A stretch of 64,000 bases of DNA. Origin: Eledone cirrhosa (Eukaryota). The stretch covers positions 14,012,001 to 14,076,000 of the forward strand of contig OZ024741.1 in the NCBI GenBank assembly GCA_964016885.1, read 5' to 3'. This document shows, piece after piece, positions 51,701 through 63,577 of the stretch (positions within the stretch are counted from its first letter, which is position 1; every line of letters begins with the position of its first letter). The position numbers and the translations under genes are program-made. The notes under the pieces are model-generated. The model saw only the letters and a program-made list of their open reading frames with translations, did no database searches and was not told where the DNA came from.

Positions 51701-54000
51701 TGTATACCTATACTACACCACTGTATACCACTACTACACCTATACTACACCACTCTATACCACTACTACACCTATACTACACCACTGTATACCACTACTA
51801 CACCTATACTACACCACTGTATACCACTACTACACCTATACTACACCACTGTATACCACTACTACACCTATACTACACCACTGTATACCACTACTACACC
51901 TATACTACATCACTGTATACCACTACTACACCTATACTACATCACTGTATACCACTACTACACCTATACTACATCACTGTATACCACTACTACACCTATA
52001 CTACACCACTGTATACCACTACTACACCTATACTACACCACTGTATACCACTACTACACCTATACTACACCACTGTATACCACTACTACACCTATACTAC
52101 ACCACTGTATACCACTACTACACCTATACTACATCACTGTATACCACTACTACACCTATACTACACCACTGTATACCACTACTACACCTATACTACACCA
52201 CTGTATACCACTACTACACCTATACTACATCACTGTATACCACTACTACACCTATACTACACCACTGTATACCACTACTACACCTATACTACACCACTGT
52301 ATACCACTACTACACCTATACTACATCACTGTATACCACTACTACACCTATACTACACCACTGTATACCACTACTACACCTATACTACACCACTGTATAC
52401 CACTACTACACCTATACTACATCACTGAATACCACTACTACACCTATACTACACCACTGTATACCACTACTACACCTATACTACATCACTGTATACCACT
52501 ACTACATCTATACTACAGCACTGTATACAACACTACCACACTACTACACCACCGTATACCACACTACTACACCACTGTATACCACTACTACACCTATACT
52601 ACACCACTGTATACCACTACTACACCTATACTACATCACTATACCACTACTACATCTATACTACAGCACTGTATACAACACTACCACACTACTACACCAC
52701 CGTATACCACACTACTACACCACTGTATACCACTACTACACCTATACTACATCACTGTATACCACTACTACACCTATACTACATCACTGTATACCACTAC
52801 TACACCTATACTACACCACTGTATACCACTACTACACTTATACTACATCACTGTATACCACTACTACACCTATACTACATCACTGTATACCACTACTACA
52901 CCTATACTCCATCACTGTATACCTATACTACACCACTGTATACCACTACTACACCTATACTACACCACTGTATACCACTACTACACCTATACTACATCAC
53001 TGTATACCACTACTACACCTATACTACATCACTGTATACCACTACTACACCTATACTACACCACTGTATACCACTACTACACCTATACTACACCACTGTA
53101 TACCACTACTACACCTATACTACACCACTGTATACCACTACTACACCTATACTACATCACTGTATACCACTACTACACCTATACTACACCACTGTATACC
53201 ACTACTACACCTATACTACACCACTGTATACCACTACTACACCTATACTACATCACTGTATACCACTACTACACCTATACTACACCACTGTATACCACTA
53301 CTACACCTATACTACATCACTGAATACCACTACTACACCTATACTACACCACTGTATACCACTACTACACCTATACTACATCACTGTATACCACTACTAC
53401 ATCTATACTACAGCACTGTATACAACACTACCACACTACTACACCACCGTATACCACACTACCACACTACTACACCACTGTATACCACTACTACACCTAT
53501 ACTACACCACTGTATACCACTACTACACCTATACTACACCACTGTATACCACTACTACACCTATACTACACCACTGTATACCACTACTACACCTATACTA
53601 CACCACTGTATACCACTACTACACCTATACTACACCACTGTATACCACTACTACATCTATACTACAGCACTGTATACCACTACTACATCTATACTACAGC
53701 ACTGTATACCACACTACTACACCACTGTATACCACTACTACACCACTGTATACTGCTACTACACCTATACTACACCACTGTATACCACACTACCACACTA
53801 CTACGCTGTATACCACTACTATACCTATACTACAAAACTACAACACTACACCACACTACTACACCTATACTACACCACTGTATACCACTACTACACCTAT
53901 ACTACACCACTGTATACCACTACTACACCTATACTACATCACTGAATACCACTACTACACCTATACTACACCACTGTATACCACACTACTACACCACTGT
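48717..54000 (+). repeat. 32-bp satellite, about 165 copies
   Basis: Unit CCACTACTACACCTATACTACA(C/T)CACTGTATA. The 32-aa period of the 1753-aa ORF equals three units. Confidence 0.98.
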
Positions 54001-55645
54001 ATACTACTACTACACCTATACTACAACACTGTACCACACTACTACACCTATACTACAACACCACTGTTCACTGCTATCACAACATCCTACGCAACATAAC
54101 CCTGTCTATATGTCGATCACCACTACTACTACACCTATACTACAACACTACACCACACTACTACACCTATACTACAACACTGTACCACACTACTACACCT
54201 ATACTACAACACCACTGTTCACTGCTATCACAACATCCTACGCAACATAACCCTGTCTATATGACCATCACCACTACAACTACACCTATACTACAGCACT
54301 ACACTACCCTACTACACCTATACTACAACACTGTACCACACTACTACACCTATACTACAACACCACTGTTCACTGCTATCACAACATCCTACGCAACATA
54401 ACCCTGTCTATATGACCATCACCACTACAACTACACCTATACTACAACACTACACTACCCTACTACACCTATACTACAACACTGTACCACACTACTACAC
54501 CTATACTACAACACCACTGTTCACTGCTATCACAACATCCTCAGCAACATAGCCCTGTCTATATGACCATCACCACTACAACTACACCTATACTACAACA
54601 CTACACTACCCTACTACACCTATACTACAACACTGTACCACACTACTACACCTATACTACAACACCACTGTTCACTGCTATCACAACATCCTACGCAACA
54701 TAACCCTGTCTATATGACCATCACCACTACAACTACACCTATACTACAACACTACACTACCCTACTACACCTATACTACAACACTGTACCACACTACTAC
54801 ACCTATACTACAACACCACTGTTCACTGCTATCACAACATCCTCAGCAACATAACCCTGTCTATATGACCATCACCACTACAACTACACCTATACTACAA
54901 CACTACACTACCCTACTACACCTATACTACAACACTGTACCACACTACTACACCTATACTACAACACCACTGTTCACTGCTATCACAACATCCTCAGCAA
55001 CATAGCCCTGTCTATATGACCATCACCACTACAACTACACCTATACTACAACACTACACTACCCTACTACACCTATACTACAACACTGTACCACACTACT
55101 ACACCTATACTACAACACCACTGTTCACTGCTATCACAACATCCTACGCAACATAACCCTGTCTATATGACCATCACCACTACAACTACACCTATACTAC
55201 AACACTACACTACCCTACTACACCTATACTACAACACTGTACCACACTACTACACCTATACTACAACACCACTGTTCACTGCTATCACAACATCCTCAGC
55301 AACATAACCCTGTCTATATGACCATCACCACTACAACTACACCTATACTACAACACTACACTACCCTACTACACCTATACTACAACACTGTACCACACTA
55401 CTACACCTATACTACAACACCACTGTTCACTGCTATCACAACATCCTCAGCAACATAACCCTGTCTATATGACCATCACCACTACAACTACACCTATACT
55501 ACAACACTACACTACCCTACTACACCTATACTACAACACTGTACCACACTACTACACCTATACTACAACACCACTGTTCACTGCTATCACAACATCCTCA
55601 GCAACATAACCCTGTCTATATGACCATCACCACTACAACTACTAA
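54000..55645 (+). repeat. 151-bp satellite, about 11 copies, containing degenerate 32-mer cores
   Basis: CTGTTCACTGCTATCAC every 151 nt from 54064 to 55574. Confidence 0.96.
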
Positions 55646-55861
55646 CAATCACAACCTTACCACTGAGCCCACAATAACTACTACTATAGCCACTAATAAC
55701 TATCATATCATTGTCTTACCTTACATATTAAATTAACTCTCTCTCCCACGGTCAGGATTTTACATATCTCTATACCCACTCTGTATCTCCTTATGTATCG
55801 AGTATTCCCGTGATTAGTGGTCTCCTCCGTCTCAGCACCGCAGACTATATATATATATATA

Positions 55862-57535
55862 CACACCATAAGCACACGTATTGTTAACCAGGTAATACTA
55901 GAAGGTGTCATACCAAAGGATTGGTGCAGTAGTATCATTGTCAATTGCTACAAAGGTAAAGGTGATGCACTAGATAGAGGAAACTATAGTGGTATAAAGT
56001 TGATGGACCAGGTCATGAAAGTAACAGAAAGAGTTATAGCACAGTTGATTAGGGACCGGGTGAAACTAGATGAGATGCAATTTGGGTTTGTGCCAGGAAG
56101 AGGCACCACTGATGCCTTCTTCCTTGTGAGGCAGTTACAGGAAAAGTACCTGGCTAAAAGTAAGCCACTCTACCTGGCATTCGTCCATCTCGAGAAAGCC
56201 TTTGAGAGAGTTCCCCGTGCTATTTAGCGTATTTAGCGTACAGGTTGGTGTCCACCAGGGCTCTGTTCTTAGCCCTCTTCTGTTGATCATAGTTCTGCAG
56301 GCAACAACGGAGGAGTTTAAGACCGGATGCCCATGGGAACTCCTGTATGCAGATGACCTCGCACTTATAGCTGAATCTATGGTAGAACTAGAGAAGAAAT
56401 TCCAAACTTGGAAGCAGGGACTAGAAAGAAAGGGTCTCAAAGTCAACCTGACAAAGATTAAGGTCCTTGTAAGTAGACGAGAAAACAGAACCCAGATCCC
56501 CTCAGGGAAATGGCCTTGCTCAGTATGTAGGAAAGGTGTAGGTAGGAACTCCATTCTCTGCCCCAAATGCAAACAGTGGGTACACAAGAGGTGTAGTGGG
56601 GTCTTAGAAGCTTAACTAAGAATGTAGGCTTCACATGTAGCAGCTGTGCTGGGACAGCAAGCAGCAAACAGCCACAGGAAACAAGTACCACCAAACTCTG
56701 GGAGGGCTCTGTAGAAACAGTAGACAGCTTCTGCTACCTAGGTGACCGAATTAGCAGCTGAGGTGGGTGTTCGGAAAGTACAATAACTAGGGTAAGAACG
56801 GGATGGAAGAAGTTCAGGGAGCTACTGCCACTGCTAGCTGCAAAAGGCTTTTCCCTCAAAATGAAAGGCAGACTGTATGATGCGTGTATCCGAACAGCAA
56901 TGTTACATGGTAGTGATACCTGGGCGCTGAAGGTGGAAGACTTACGTAGATTAGAAAGAAACGAAGCCTGTATGCTCTGATGGATGTGTAATAGTAATAT
57001 ACGCGAACGGCAAAGCATAAATGAATTGAGAGAGAGACTGAGCATAAGAGGAATCAAATGCTGTGTGCAGGAAAGGCGGTTGTGTTGGTATGGACATGCG
57101 ATGCGTATGAAGGATGACAGGTGCATAAAAAGGTGCAGAGCACTAGAAGTCGATGGAAACCGTGGAGTGGGGAGACCCAAGAAGACCTGGGATGAGGTGA
57201 TAAAAGCTGACCTTACCCAATTACACCTCTCAAAGGTGATGACACATGACTCAACCACCCACGAGTACAAAACCGATGCTGAAGCATATAGACAATATGC
57301 CCCCACTCCCCTCCCACTGTAAATGGACGTGTAGGCACCACGGAAAAAAGCACCCAGCACTCACTGTAAATGAGGTTGGTGTTAGGAAGGGCATCCGGCT
57401 GTAGAAATCAAGCCAGAATCAGTTCCCATATGAGCAATACAAGGTCAGCCGACCGGACACTACCCACAACAGGAGAACCCGTCTAACCCATGCTAGCGTG
57501 GAAGAATGGACGTAAAACGGTGATGATGATGATGA

Positions 57536-57540
<5 letters not shown>
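55862..57540 (+). mobile_element. Decayed RTE-clade LINE (reverse transcriptase with internal deletion, 3' UTR and (GAT)n tail)
   Basis: QFGFVPGRGTTDA, LEKAFERVP, GVHQGSVLSPLL, LLYADDL, VDSFCYLG, RLCWYGHAMRM, GRPKKTW; stops and frameshifts present. Confidence 0.93.
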
Positions 57541-57571
<31 letters not shown>

Positions 57572-57573
<2 letters not shown>

Positions 57574-57765
57574 GTGCCAAGAAATCCCAGTAGAAGAAAG
57601 ACGCAGTAGAGGAAGACCACAAAAAATATGGGCGGAGGTGGGGAGAGCAGATCTCAGATTTCTGAAGCTCACGGAGGAGATGATGAAGGACTGTGACAAG
57701 TGGAGAGATGCTGAATAGGACCTGTCCCACCTTGCAAGCAGGGAAAAGCGGACGTAAAATGATGA

Positions 57766-57770
<5 letters not shown>
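57572..57770 (+). mobile_element. 3' end of a second RTE family (tail type 2)
   Basis: VEERRSRGRPQKIWAEV followed by CCCACCTTGCAAGCAGGGAAAAGCGGACGTAAAA(TGA)n. Confidence 0.75.
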
Positions 57771-57809
<39 letters not shown>

Positions 57810-58072
57810 AAGAGTTTCTATTTGCTGTGTCTATACCTGCACTTCTTCACTAATATCTTTCTCTCTTCAAACCTTTACATATTATATAAACACATTGAGC
57901 TATTCCTTGTTTAAAAACCTAACAATTGCATACTATCAATATAATCCTCTACTTTCCTTTGAGAATTGTTTGTATAGTTCTACCTTTGCTATATGTATGT
58001 GTGTGTAAATATATATATCTATGTGTGTGTGTATGTTCGCTTATGTGATATTTCTGTTTGATCTTGTTTCAG

Positions 58073-58184
58073 TTATCCATTTAGTGAAGACACAAATGAT
58101 GGCCTGTCCTATATGAAAACGAGATGTCCTTCTTGGTGTGACCGTGTCTTATTTAACCACAGAGCAAACGATATAATTGTCCAT
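58073..58184 (+). CDS. INPP5A: INPP5A exon f (S/YPFSEDTNDGLSYMKTRCPSWCDRVLFNHRANDIIVH)
   Basis: TTTCAG|T...CAT|GTAAAT, 112 nt; contains the catalytic motif RCPSWCDRVL. Confidence 0.96.
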
Positions 58185-58664
58185 GTAAATAGATTTTACT
58201 GTCTATATACAAATTTCATATATATATAAACACACTCACACACACACTATGCTTTCCCACATGGTAAGGTGGTCATGCTGGTGCCCTGACAAAAAGAACC
58301 CAGTCTACATTATTAGGTGGTTGTGGTTGTTCTGGTGTCACAACAAAAAGTACCCAGTCCACACTGTAATGTAGTAATGATGGTGCCTCAAAAAAATGTT
58401 CCTTGTACATGCTGGTATGTGGTTGGCATTAGAAAGGTCATCCACCCATAGAAATCCAAGCTAAGCTTTCTGTTATGAAATGTGAAAAACAGTGATATTA
58501 AGCTTTATTTCAAATGTAAGTTATATATAATAATGAAGAATATTATAATGATGAAGAATTATTGTGTACAGTGCTCAGGTGCATTACAAGCTGAGGTGCT
58601 TCTGTGTAAATATTTAGCTAATGATGGCCCACTCTGCATATATATATATATATATATGTATGTA

Positions 58665-58873
58665 AAGTGGTCGTGTGTCACAACAAAAAATCACCCAGTC
58701 CACTCTGTAAATGGGGTTGGTGTTAGGAAGGGCATCCAGCTGTAGAAATCAAGCCAGAATCAGTTCCTGTATGAGCAAGACATGGTCACCTGACCTGGCA
58801 TTGCCCACAACAGGACAACCCATCTAACCCATGCTAACGTGGAAGAATGGACATAAAATGGTGATGATGTTGA
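58665..58873 (+). mobile_element. RTE-tailed SINE or LINE 3' fragment
   Basis: GGTTGGTGTTAGGAAGGGCATCC...CTAACCCATGCTAACGTGGAAG...(GAT)n. Confidence 0.8.
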
Positions 58874-59128
58874 TATATATATATATATAATATTTAATAT
58901 AGAAATGGCTTCTACAGGACTAGAACTGTTTCATTCGTAGAAAATCATCAGTTCAACATCCATCTTCCATGCTTTGCAAAAATCCAAGCCCTGTTTTTAT
59001 AAGTCGAGACAGCTAATCAACACATTATTTAGATGGTGTATATAAGCTGACCCCGTTTTACCGTTGATACTCCTTGGCTTATATTTGAGTATACAGTAAG
59101 TTTCAACTCAATAAAAAAAGACAAATAT

Positions 59129-59600
59129 TTAACCCTTTACTTATCCACCTGGCTCAAACCAGCCCTGGTTCTATAAAATAAAACCACCCATTTTAAAGGT
59201 TTCCAATTTAACCCTTTAGTTACCCACCTGGCTCAAACCAGCCCTGGTTCTATAAAATAAAACCACCTATTTTAAAGGTTTCCAATTTAACCCTTTAGTT
59301 ACCAACCTGGCTCAAACCAGCCCTGGTTCTATAAAATAAAACCACCTATTAAAGGTTTCCAATTTAACCCTTTAGTTACCAACCTGGCTCAAACCAGCCC
59401 TGGTTCTATGAAATAAAAACACCCATTTTAAAGGTTTCCAATTTAAATTAAGATCTTCCAACATAATTTTATATAAGAACCTTACATTAAGTTACTATTT
59501 TAGTAATGAAATAATTAATCTAAGTTAATCTCTCAAAACTCTTCATTAATTAATTAAAATAGAGTGAATTTCATTAGAAATGTATTCATGAAAGGGTTAA
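59129..59600. mobile_element. piggyBac-like MITE with its left end tandemly repeated 4 times (77-79 bp)
   Basis: TTAA-CCCTTT ... AAAGGG-TTAA. Left end at 59129, 59208, 59287 and 59364. Confidence 0.75.
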
Positions 59601-59654
59601 GTTCCTCTCTTAGTAATGAAATAATAATTTTAGTAAATCTCTCAAAATTCTTCA

Positions 59655-59879
59655 TTAATCTTTTAGCATTTAAACTGGCTATATCCAGCCACAATTCTCT
59701 TACCTCTTTCTGTTCAAACTGACTGTATCTGGCCACTCATACTGACATTAAAGTATTGTTCTCAAAATAAATATCAAAATCTCACAGATTCGATATTATG
59801 TGGGATAATTATGTAATATAAAACCTTTACCACAAAAATACAATAGTATATATAGAGTAATTAAATGGGGAAGGGTTAA
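59655..59879. mobile_element. Second TTAA MITE nested in a partial copy of the first
   Basis: TTAATCTTTTAGCATTTAAACTGGC...GAAGGGTTAA splits the host CTTCATTAA/TTAATTAAAATAGAGTG. Confidence 0.65.
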
Positions 59880-60102
59880 TTAATTAAAATAGAGTGTATT
59901 TCATAAGAAATGTAGTCATGAAATGTTTAACAACTGAAAACTAATATCATTTGTTATGTAATAATGATATTTCAGTCTATGGTTAAAATTAAAATTTTAA
60001 CATTTTAACAAAGGTAGTTTTAGGTGGGTTGGTGTTGAAACAGTTAACAAACTCTTTACTGTGTTGTCTCCTCACTGATCTTAATCTGTTTGTTTATCCT
60101 AG

Positions 60103-60165
60103 AATGACGAACATCAACTGGAATATGATGTTATTGGCCATAACACCTGCATGGGTGACCACAAG
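60103..60165 (+). CDS. INPP5A: INPP5A exon g (NDEHQLEYDVIGHNTCMGDHK)
   Basis: TCCTAG|AAT...AAG|GTATGT, 63 nt; contains the CMGDHK motif. Confidence 0.95.
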
Positions 60166-60631
60166 GTATGTACCTCTTTTCAACATTTCACTCTTGTCTT
60201 TTATTATGTCAGCTATATTTTACAAACAGAAGTTATAGAATGGTGGAAATATTTTGTTATCTGTTTTATATAAACATATTATGTCAACTATATTTTACAA
60301 ACAGAATATTGGGACCAGTATTTGACTGGTACTTTATCAAAACCAAAAGAGTGGAAGGCAAATTTGCCCTTAAAATGTGAGGAAGTTAAACCATACTGTA
60401 AAGTATTTTGACTCTTCTGCCAGTCCACCAACCTCATAATGGTTTCTAATTGAGGTATAAGACCAGCCATCTGAGGGAGGGAAAGTTGATTATATCAACC
60501 TCAGTATTTCACTGGTACTTAATTTTATCAGCACTGTAAGGATGAAAGGCAAACTTAATTTGGGCTGGATTTAAAATCAGAACATAAAGTGCTGGAAAAA
60601 AATAGATCAAAGAATTTTCTAGGATGCTCAA

Positions 60632-60808
60632 ATCATCATCATCTTTACGTCAGTTTTTCCATGCTTGCATGGGTTGGATGGGAAACAGGATACTTACAGC
60701 ATTTAGGTTTCCCAAGTGGTCACCCATCCAAGTACTAACTAGACTCGATGTTGCTTAACTTCGATGATCGAATGAGAACTGGTGTTTTTAGCGTGATATG
60801 GCCATAAA
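60632..60808 (-). mobile_element. 5S rRNA-derived retrocopy or SINE3-like element with an RTE tail
   Basis: The 5S body is followed on the minus strand by CCAACCCATGCAAGCATGGAAAAACTGACGTAAA(GAT)n. Confidence 0.75.
60693..60808 (-). pseudogene. 5S rRNA pseudogene, near full length and diverged
   Basis: Minus strand GGCCATATCACG...GATCATCGAAGTTAAGCAAC...GTTAGTACTTGGATGGGTGACC..TGGGAA...TGCTGTA. Confidence 0.92.
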
Positions 60809-61151
60809 ATAAATCTGTGTCTGTTAATTCATCACCCTGCTCATAATAATAATATTAATGATAATGACAGCTATAATAATAATGGAACAATTCATGACTT
60901 TCGTTTGTCAAGCCAATCAAGTGAAGGTATGTAATGATGTTATTTTCATTAACCTTTTTAACTTTAATAACATTCTAATCTTGTCTTAAACTCTGTCATT
61001 TAACTTGTTCAGATAATTTTCATCTTTCTATTTCCACACTTTGTTTTTAAATAACTTGTATTTTTCATTATTATCTTCATTTAACATCTTCCTAGCAAGG
61101 TTTCGACTATAACATATAACATACAGTATGTTTTACTTAACATGTAGTGGT

Positions 61152-61495
61152 TGAAGGCATATGGCTTCGTGGTTAGAGTGTTTGGTTTGCAATTGTGAGG
61201 TTGTGAGTTTGATTCTCAGACTGGGTAATGTGTTGCGTCCTTGAGCAAGACACTTTATTTCGTGTTGCTCCAGTTTACTCAGCTGTAAAAATGAGTTGCA
61301 AGATCACTGGTGCCAAGCAGTATTGGTCTTAGCCTTTCCCTTGTACAACATCAGTGGCATGGAGAGGGGAGACTGGTATACATGGGTGACTGCTGGTCTT
61401 CCACAAACAACCTTGTCTGGACTTGTGCCTTGGAAGAGAGTTTTCTAGGTGAAAATCTCATGGTCATTCATGGCCAGAGTGGGTCTTTACCCTTC
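61152..61495 (+). mobile_element. tRNA SINE family A, same body variant as 26217
   Basis: GAAGGCATATGGCTTCGTGG...CACTGGTGCCAAGC...CTGGTCTTCCACAAACAACCTTG. Confidence 0.85.
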
Positions 61496-61727
61496 TAGTA
61501 GTAGATGTAGCTTGGCTGAATGGTTAAGAGGTTTGCTTCACATCCATGAGTTTCCAGGTTCAGTTTTTTTTACCATAGTCTTTAGTAGACTCAAACTTTG
61601 TGAATGACACTGCGTAGATTGTTTGGAATCACATCAGATGGAGTGTACTTGTAATCAGTCCTGCCTTATCACACATTGTGTTATGCTCATTCTTTCTGAG
61701 AATTACATTAAAGATACATGTGTCTGT

Positions 61728-62023
61728 CCCTTGGTGCATGTCACGTTGACCATTGCTGGTGGTCCACTCTAGCTGAGAATGGTGACGGCAAGCGTCTCAA
61801 CATAAACCATGCTGTCTCCTCCTTTAAAAACACCCGCAGAGCCACCCTCGAGGACAAATGTCACAGGAGGAAGAACCAGAACACAAAGTCATCAAACTCT
61901 GACCAGACCTTCAACTGCAGCCGCTGTGGCCATGCCTACCTGTCCTGTATTGGCACAAGCGAGCCTGCAGTTAACATGGACACCGCCTTCATAAAATTTG
62001 TTCGTGAAGCCAAGCCATGATAG
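61728..62023 (+). mobile_element. 5'-truncated RTE/BovB-like LINE end with a degenerate zinc finger and 12-bp target-site duplication
   Basis: WSTLAEN...TFNCSRCGHAYLSCIG; flanked by ACATGTGTCTGT (61716) and ACATATGTCTGT (62024). Confidence 0.7.
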
Positions 62024-63577
62024 ACATATGTCTGTGGAATACTCAGCCACTTACACAATTTAAGGAATGGGCCATTTCTGTTGACCAACAAACTGAAACC
62101 CTTAACATTGAGACCACTGAAATATGATTTATCATATATGATATAGTGGCCATCATTTTGTTAGTGATTATAACCTCACACTGTGATATAGATCTCAGCC
62201 CTTATCCAACAGATCTTTAATCAAAGACTGACCAACCATGACTGTTCCACCTGTTAAGACATTCTATATTTAAAATTTCATTACTTAATATTGCCCTTGC
62301 CCTTCTTTTCAGACAGTAAGGGAGATTTGGCTGTTATTTCTAGCTCTTTTCATTCTGAATTCTTTGGTTTAACACCAGCACCTAGTCCTTGGAAACCTTT
62401 AATCCTCTTGTGATCATATTTCTAATGAAATACACTATTTCAATTAATTAATATACAATGTTGAGGAATTTACTAAAATCCTGAATTATTTTATTACTAA
62501 GTTTGTATTAAAAACAAACATATACCTGTTGGCAATACTCCCACAATTTCTCAAATTCTTGCTGTTGCAGTGTGAATATTTAATCAGCTGTGCTGCGTCT
62601 GGGGTGAAAACCACAGTCAGCTAAATTGGATTCAACAATATCCGACATCTCTTTGTCAGACACATAGTATAGACTTTGACACTTTGTTAGGAAAGACATT
62701 TTTCCTTCTGCTAGAAAATGAAAATTTACATCAATATCATGTATGTGTGTATGTGTGTGTGTGTGAGAGAGAGAAAGGTTGGAGGTGGGGGAGAAATACA
62801 TTGGGATGGATAGAGGCTTGTCCCAGCTGAAAATCACAACATATGTTTGTATTTGCTGATGATTCTACAGATGTAAAGGATATTTTAAAGGGTCATATAT
62901 AACTTCTCACTTTCTCTCTCACACATACACACACTCATACATACACAAACACACATATACACACATACAAACACACTTATACACAAACACACATATACAC
63001 ATACACACACATCAATAAACACACAACTAATATGTTTCTTTTTTCAATAGCTCAGACCAAATATTTGTTTCACTAACAATTAATTTGTGTGTGTGTGTGT
63101 TCAAGAGAAGTGAGGGTTAAAAAAGGTTTCTTGAGTCCAGAGGCTGATGATGTGGTTGGAAGGAACACATTACGTTGGATAGGAAACCAGTCCATTGCAA
63201 AGTTAACTCCCATATGTTGGATATATTCATTTTCAACTGAGTGCACTGGAGCAATGTCAAAGGATGCAATGTACCACCTCATTTGGAGATTGAACCTATC
63301 ACCTTACAACTAGGATGTCCTACCCACTAGGTTGTGACTTAATGAAAAACTGTATCAATACTTGGTTCTAACATCGGTGTCATGCCAGTAATGGGGGAGA
63401 CAATCAATTAAATCAAATCTGATACTTTATTGTGATTTTAGTTTATCAATCCCAGAAGGTTGAATGGCAAAGTTGGTCATGGCAGGATCTGAACTCAGAA
63501 CATAAAAGGCCATAACTAAATGCTACAAAGCATTTTGTCCAATACTTTAATGATTCTGCCACAATAGTATTCAATAT

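Noticed and set aside
48684-53945. 1753-aa ORF as a real protein
   Set aside because: It is a stop-free 32-bp satellite cycling through three frames inside an INPP5A intron, with no domain or codon signature.
60693-60808. Functional 5S rRNA gene
   Set aside because: Single diverged copy with an altered 5' end, followed by a retroposon tail rather than a tandem unit.
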